Source of the DNA: Chromera velia
Taxonomy: Eukaryota
Direction of reading: 5' to 3'
Length of the DNA: 55,233 bases
Assembly: GCA_018398765.1 (NCBI GenBank)
Contig: JAHBMJ010000143.1
Coordinates: 1-55,233 of the forward strand
Below the pieces are notes generated by a model. The model had not been told where the DNA came from and did not search any database. It was given only the letters and a program-made list of their open reading frames with translations. The position numbers and the translations under genes were made by a program. Below are positions 42,551 to 55,233 of this stretch, one piece after another. How positions within the stretch are numbered: the stretch's first letter is position 1; each line of letters starts with the position of its first letter.

Positions 42551-43341
42551 TCACCAAGATGCCTGGAGTTCGGATGAGGTTTTTCTTCCGTTTTGGGAGA
42601 CGCCGAAGAGCTCCAGGGGGGGGCGCGGTCTGAGCTCGGACCTCATCTCTGAGTCCGGAATGGTGAAGTCACGTGCCCCCGTGTCCTTCAGAGACTTCAG
42701 CGTCTTCTCTACGATGTCCCTCTGCAGATCCACATCTGACACTGGAAGACAGAGGAAAGGAGGAAGGGAAAGCAGAATAAAGAGGACTGCAAGGAGAGAT
42801 CTGCGTGCATGCCGGATTTCTGACTTACTAATGACTCCAGTGCTGTCTACCCCACCCTTGCTTGTCTGTTTGAGCTCTTTCTGGTCAGCAGAATGCATGA
42901 CTGCTCGCCAGCCTTCCAGACTGTCGCTCAAGTCAGCTTTGGCTGAATCCCGATTTACCCCCCTAACTGCCTATCAAAACACCGACAACTGAGTACATAT
43001 ATATATACATCTTGATGTGTCTGACATGCTCTGCACTTTTTCTTCCGTGTGTAAAGATACTCATCTGTCGACACCTCTCGACATTCGGCAAGTCACCGAC
43101 TGCATGTACATGCAGCCACAGCCTTTTCATCCATGCAAGCCTGCAGACTCTCGATCCACATGCATGCGTGCGTGCACGCACACAATGAATGAAACCGACC
43201 GAGTCTCCTTTCAGGAGGAGTGAGGACCTCTCCCCACTGGGCTGCCCATCTCGCCCCTGCCGTGAGTTCATTTGCCACGCAGGCCTTCCAGAATTGGTCC
43301 TTGTGGACGGGGGTGATCTCGCGCCCTGTGCCGTCTGCCAT
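42551..43341 (-). CDS. Small (110 aa) C20orf85/CIMIP1 (LLC1)-like ciliary microtubule inner protein
   Basis: Exons 43341-43200 (donor GTCGGT) and 42741-42551 join in frame. TPVHKDQFWKACVANELTAGARWAAQWGEVLTP matches the family pattern V.QD.IWK.....E..A...W...WG.L..P as recalled from memory. Confidence 0.65.
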
Positions 43342-43654
43342 GGTCTGTGTGAAGAAACTGGGCTGGATCTGAAGTGTAAGACAGCCAAAATGCAGATCAA
43401 ATTCCGAGGCAAGGCCCACGCTGTCGCTGTCTCAGTGCCCCACTTCTCAACAGATTCTGCGCACGTCTTTTTCTTGGAGAACTGTGCATAGTCTTGCTTG
43501 ATCATGCAGCACGTACACTCTGATGCTGTGCCATGCATTGTCACTGCATGATCGATGATCATGACTTCAAACTGTGTATCGGTCATTTTGAGGTTTGCCT
43601 TCAGCTAGCTTGGGCCCACTACGTTTACTTCCGCGTATCATTGCCGGGGTCATA

Positions 43655-43708
43655 CGGCCTCGCGGCGCCGCGCGATATATCGATAGCGGCCCAAAAGGAC
43701 CCCGCGGC
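43655..43708. promoter_or_regulatory. CpG-rich islet between the divergent CIMIP1-like and CRT-like genes
   Basis: CGGCCTCGCGGCGCCGCGCGATATATCG between ATGs at 43341(-) and 43975(+). Confidence 0.45.
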
Positions 43709-43854
43709 AACATGGACTGTTGCGGGCTTAGCTCGGTTCGGCTCACTGCATGTAAATAAGTTCTATACAATCTCTTTTGTTCCATCGGTAGTTTAGCCTT
43801 CGCTGCCTTCTTCTTCAGTACAAAGACTTCTTCAGACAACGTTGTCATCCTTGA

Positions 43855-50897
<7,043 letters not shown>

Positions 50898-52403
50898 AAG
50901 GAAGGAAGGAAGGAAGGAAAAAAAGCTTTTCAAGGGGTCGACGCACTAGCTGGGTTGGTGTGTTCACTGACTGGGGAGGGGGGGGGGACAGGGAGGGAAG
51001 AGAATGGTCGGGGGTGCTGTGAGTGGTTTGTCGGAGAAAAATGAAAGTAGACGGAGGCTGAGGGAAAGCTGGAGCAAAACATCTTGAAGGAAGGTGGAGA
51101 TGCACACTCTGAGGTGCAGACGTTGTCTTGTGAAAATTGACATGAAGGTCCCATCACGACGCAGACTGAACTGAGGACTCCACTGAGGGACCAGGCTGGA
51201 CAGCGTGACTGTGTGTTTGTGTGTGTGGTACTTCAACAGAATTCGTTGGGACTTGAAGGTGCATGCCGGAAAGAAATCGATTGGAGAGAAGGAAGGGCAG
51301 GGAGAAGAGCCAGAAAATCAGACAGCACGGCAAGGAGAGAAAGAATCAGGGAGAAAACACCAAACAGGTCTCCCTTCCCCATGGGCCAGAAAAAGATCGT
51401 GGAAGAGAAAGAATGGAAGGTGAGCGAAGGTAGGAAAAAAATGGGGGAAAATTGGGAGCTTGTAAAATCAGGAGAATTCAATAAATGGCATTTTAGCAGA
51501 ACAGATAGAAAATTGTCTGTCTACACGTGCAGAATCTGCATCGCGTTGTTCGTTCTGTGATTGTACGTTGATGCATGCGCGTGCTTTGCCTGGTTCATTC
51601 GTTTGTTTGAAAAGTTGAATTGAGAAAGAATCATGTTGCCTGCATCTTCATGTCAGTGGAACTGTTGTCCCTTCTACCTGTGGTTTTTCAGTTTGCATAT
51701 GTTCCTGTCGTTTCGCAACTTTTCTGTTCGCTCTCTTTTCTGAAAAGGTCTCTTTGACCTTTCTTTCTCTTCAGATGCATCAATGCGTTCCTGTGGTCAT
51801 TGCTTCACTGACAGCTGGCTGGTGCCCGCCTTCACTTCTTTCTTGGCCTGCTTGGCCTGCTTTGCATCTCTCTCTCCTAGATATTCTCTCTTCCCGTATG
51901 CGGTGACCGCATCCTGTATCTGTATTCTCACTTTCTCTGGTGCCCGTCTTTCTCTCGCTGTCTTTGTATGCAAAGTTCAAAGATTTCAAACGAAAAGCCT
52001 CCAATTCAGCTTTCAAATCGACGTGCATGATTGAGCACAAATGTTATGAAGACACTGACACCTAGACTGACACTCTCTTGTGTTGATAAAACGTTCGTAT
52101 ACAACTGTTACAAAACAAGTTCTATAGCAATGGATAAAACAGTTCAGAGGACTCGGAATCTTAGTCTCGGATCATCATGTAAAACTAGGATAAAAAAATT
52201 TGTATGCTGACTTTATCATCATCATTATCATATTAGCCACCATATCAATCATCATTATGTATCACTAGATGTATCACTATATGTCATTATTATCGGCTTA
52301 TGGTAGGCTTCTAGCCATGCTTCTAGCGTAACGTAGTGGCGTTTAGCAGATCATAACAGACTTAGCTAACTAATTAATTAACTAATCAGGTAACTAGACG
52401 TAT

Positions 52404-52872
52404 CACAGAAAAAAAAAAATAATTTAAGCCCGTTCTCGCTTTTTTTTTTTTGCCCGATGATGTTTGGTGACAAACAACTGTTGTTCAAGTGTTACATAAG
52501 TGTTGTTTTAGTATTGCATAAGTGTTGCTTAGTTGTTGCACAAAAAAAAAGAAAAAAATGATTTAAGCCAATTCTGTTATATAATTCTGGTTTTTTTTTT
52601 TTTTTAGTTACTGTGATATGTTTTTTTTCGTTTTTGAATGAGAAAGCGTTCAGGTAATGATGATGTTAGGCATGTCACAGCAAAAAAAAAAAAAAAGTCC
52701 CGAAAAAAATGAGTTATCTTTTTTTGTTTCTTTTTTTCTTTTTTTTGGCCTACAACACCTTGCAACACTTGTGCAACACCCGTACAACAGCTAAACAACA
52801 GTTGTTTTAGATAAAAAAGAAAAAAAAAAAAATATTTGACAAAGAGAGTTATTTACTTTTTTTTTCTCTGTA
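52404..52872. mobile_element. Putative CACTA/EnSpm-like MITE(s): CACAG-A-run termini, inverted internal arms
   Basis: AT|CACAGAAAA at 52404 to CTGTG|AT at 52615, and CACAGCAAAA at 52676 to CTGTA|AT at 52872. AACAACTGTTGTT and GTGTTGC/GCAACAC subrepeats occur in opposite orientation. Confidence 0.45.
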
Positions 52873-53709
52873 ATACCGCTATAGTGATAATGATGATGAT
52901 GAGGTGACTTAACCCACCAGCCATCATGTCCCAATGGCAAAGGGCAGTCTGTGAGCATTCATGTCATATTGCAAAGCTAGGAGATAACAAAGAATCTAGC
53001 TAAAAGGAAAAGATAAGACTCACGGGTGCAGGATGCACAGACTGTTGTGAACCAACCTGAAGTCAGTCAATATCGATCTTCTACTTGCATGCTTCGATCA
53101 ACTGAAAAGCATGTACTTGCATGCATCTAATTGGATTGCATTCGCTGTTTAACGTATACAAGGACTCACGCCAACGCACGCATGCTTTCTGTCATCTCGG
53201 CTTATTGACTGACTTCAGGTTGGTTCACAACACAGACCAACGTGCAAAGCAACATCCTGCATGCGCGCAAGTACAAGCGATTAATGCAGAATTAAATGCA
53301 GAACAAATTGTAATCAAAGCATGCTATTGCAACCTTTTCCAAAGGTGCTCGTGCGTACATGCTTGATTTACCAACCGAGTCAAAGTGTAAAAAGCCTTTC
53401 CAATGACCAAGAAGTAAGACCGTACGACGTCACGTTTGACAGTTCTTCTCTGTAAACGAATACTAAGTTTCCGTTTGCCTCTTTGAGATCGTTCACACTT
53501 GATTTTAGACCATATTCTTACGGCTATATAAAACATAATAGACGATGCAATCAAACTCAAAATACACGCATACCTCATTTACTATAAGCCACTTGAAAGT
53601 TAAAATTTTTTTTGTTTTGGCGGATATAGACTTGAAAGTCCACGCTGCATACAGGCGCGGACTATGTCTTGAAATTAAGTCTATGTCGCAAGGCTTAGCC
53701 TAGGCAACG

Positions 53710-54983
53710 CACAGTGATAAAAAAAAAAAATAGACCTTTCCAGATTTTTTTTTTCTTTTTTTCTACGAAGGATTTCCTAGAGCACCTCTAGGAGCACCTA
53801 AAGGACTAGCTAGAGGAGCACCTTTTAGAAGTACTTTTAAACTAACTTCCTCGTGAACTTATTACTCAACTCAAAGTTTTAAACATCTCTAACCCTAGTT
53901 TCAACCCTAGTTCTAGTCCTAGTTATTATTGTACGTTTGTCTCTACTAGTGTCTTTACTAGTGTCTTCACCATTCCATCATCGCAGTAAAAGTGATTAAT
54001 GAGCAGTGTTCCTAGATTCAGAACAGATGGGACGAACCGGAACCTTTTGACAGACTAGGCTAGATCCGCCCCTCATACACGGGGACGCGGCATACATAAC
54101 AAAAACCTCAATCATCATTCCATCATCGACTTTGTTGAACACGGACCAACCGATCTTTTTTCCCTTGTTCAACTGCACTGTCACCAGACTTTTCTCTCTT
54201 CTCTTTGCTCTGTCTGTTAAAAAAACTAACCATGTCTTCTTGTTTTCCATTCACATTGACTTCAGTATTATCCCCACGCGGTTCGCTTCCTTTGTTTTGT
54301 ATGTTCGTTTCAGACGGTCCGCGTATTCATCTGAGAGACGCTGTCAGTTAGATAGACACAGACACAAAGACGCACACACATAAACATACGTCTGTGGTGG
54401 TTCTCTCAAACACATCTGACGTCCTTCTTGCTTCCCTCCTCTGAGGGATGCTAGGTGATGGACTAGGTGAGGGACCAACTGAGTGTGAGAGACAAGGGAG
54501 ACAGAGGGAGTGACCTGGTCCGTCGTTTCACCATTCATGCTAATTGAAAAATGAATGAAGTCTGCGTGTATGGCACTACACGCAGCGACCATCGCAAAAA
54601 GGGATTACAAGGACGAAGGCGAGCAAGTGGGCGAAAGGAAAAGGGGGCTCTCTTTTGTTTTATGCAAAGAGTGACAAAAAGGAATCTGAAGGATGGATAC
54701 ATGGATGCAGACAGAAGAGCAGACAGACGAGAAGTTCTTTGACTGGCTCTTTGACGATATCTAGGACGATATACATTTCGAAGCTCTAGTCAAAACTAGT
54801 TTTGGTCAATCCTTTTAAGCGTCTACCAAGCTAAAAGTGAAACTGGGATCCTAGATATGATTCAAACTCTAGTTGAAGCTAGTCATTTAACCTTTATTTT
54901 TTTTTACATATACAATAAAATTTTAAATAAATAAAAAAAAAAGAATAGACGTTTTCATTTTTTTTTTTTTTTTTACCACTGTG
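53710..54983. mobile_element. Putative Transib-like non-autonomous element (1274 bp)
   Basis: Ends CACAGTGATAAAAAAAAAAAA and rc CACAGTGGTAAAAAAAAAAAA; 5-bp flanks CAACG / CATCG (4/5 match). Confidence 0.55.
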
Positions 54984-55233
54984 CATCGCCTAGGGCTTAG
55001 CTCGAACTATGTTTTGAAAGTCTGCGTCGCAAGTACAGACATGTGTAGACTAGTGTACAGAGTATATTAGGTAATCTCACTTATAAAACGATATTTTTGA
55101 GCTTGGATGGGACAGTGTGACTGTAGACGGATGGCTGCCTGACCTGGCCATGCAGGCATATGCGTGCGTGCGTCATAGAACATTGCACATGCATGCAGTC
55201 GCACGGATACCAATCTGTTGCCACCGTCTCTCT

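Noticed and set aside
53890..53922. AACCCTAG repeats resembling telomeric repeats
   Set aside because: Only 2-3 degenerate units within a CTAG-rich tract.

Overview
Eukaryotic genomic DNA, intron-rich and full of microsatellites. TGCATGCA motifs, a CRT-family transporter and a ciliary inner-protein gene suggest a chromerid/apicomplexan relative such as Chromera (inference). Host genes reconstructed from splice signals: the 3' part of a TrmB-like methyltransferase-fold gene, a broken MORN-repeat gene, a membrane-protein ORF split by one in-frame TAA, a 1196-aa low-complexity protein with histone H4/H3-tail-like motifs, a propionyl/acetyl-CoA synthetase, a secreted two-repeat protein, a C20orf85/CIMIP1-like gene and an 11-exon CRT-family transporter. 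Mobile DNA: a decayed Ty1/copia element plus two fragments, a full-length Ty3/gypsy element (275-bp LTRs, GCTCG TSD, -1 frameshift signal, chromo-like tail) nested in a TA-flanked MITE, a hAT-type MITE with an 8-bp TSD, and several other TIR elements, one with Transib/RSS-like CACAGTG ends. The most striking signal is strongly directional C:G>T:A hypermutation of repeats, heavy in CpA/TpG as well as CpG contexts. It resembles fungal RIP or non-CG methylation-driven decay, here in an apparently non-fungal genome. All counts are from by-eye alignment.
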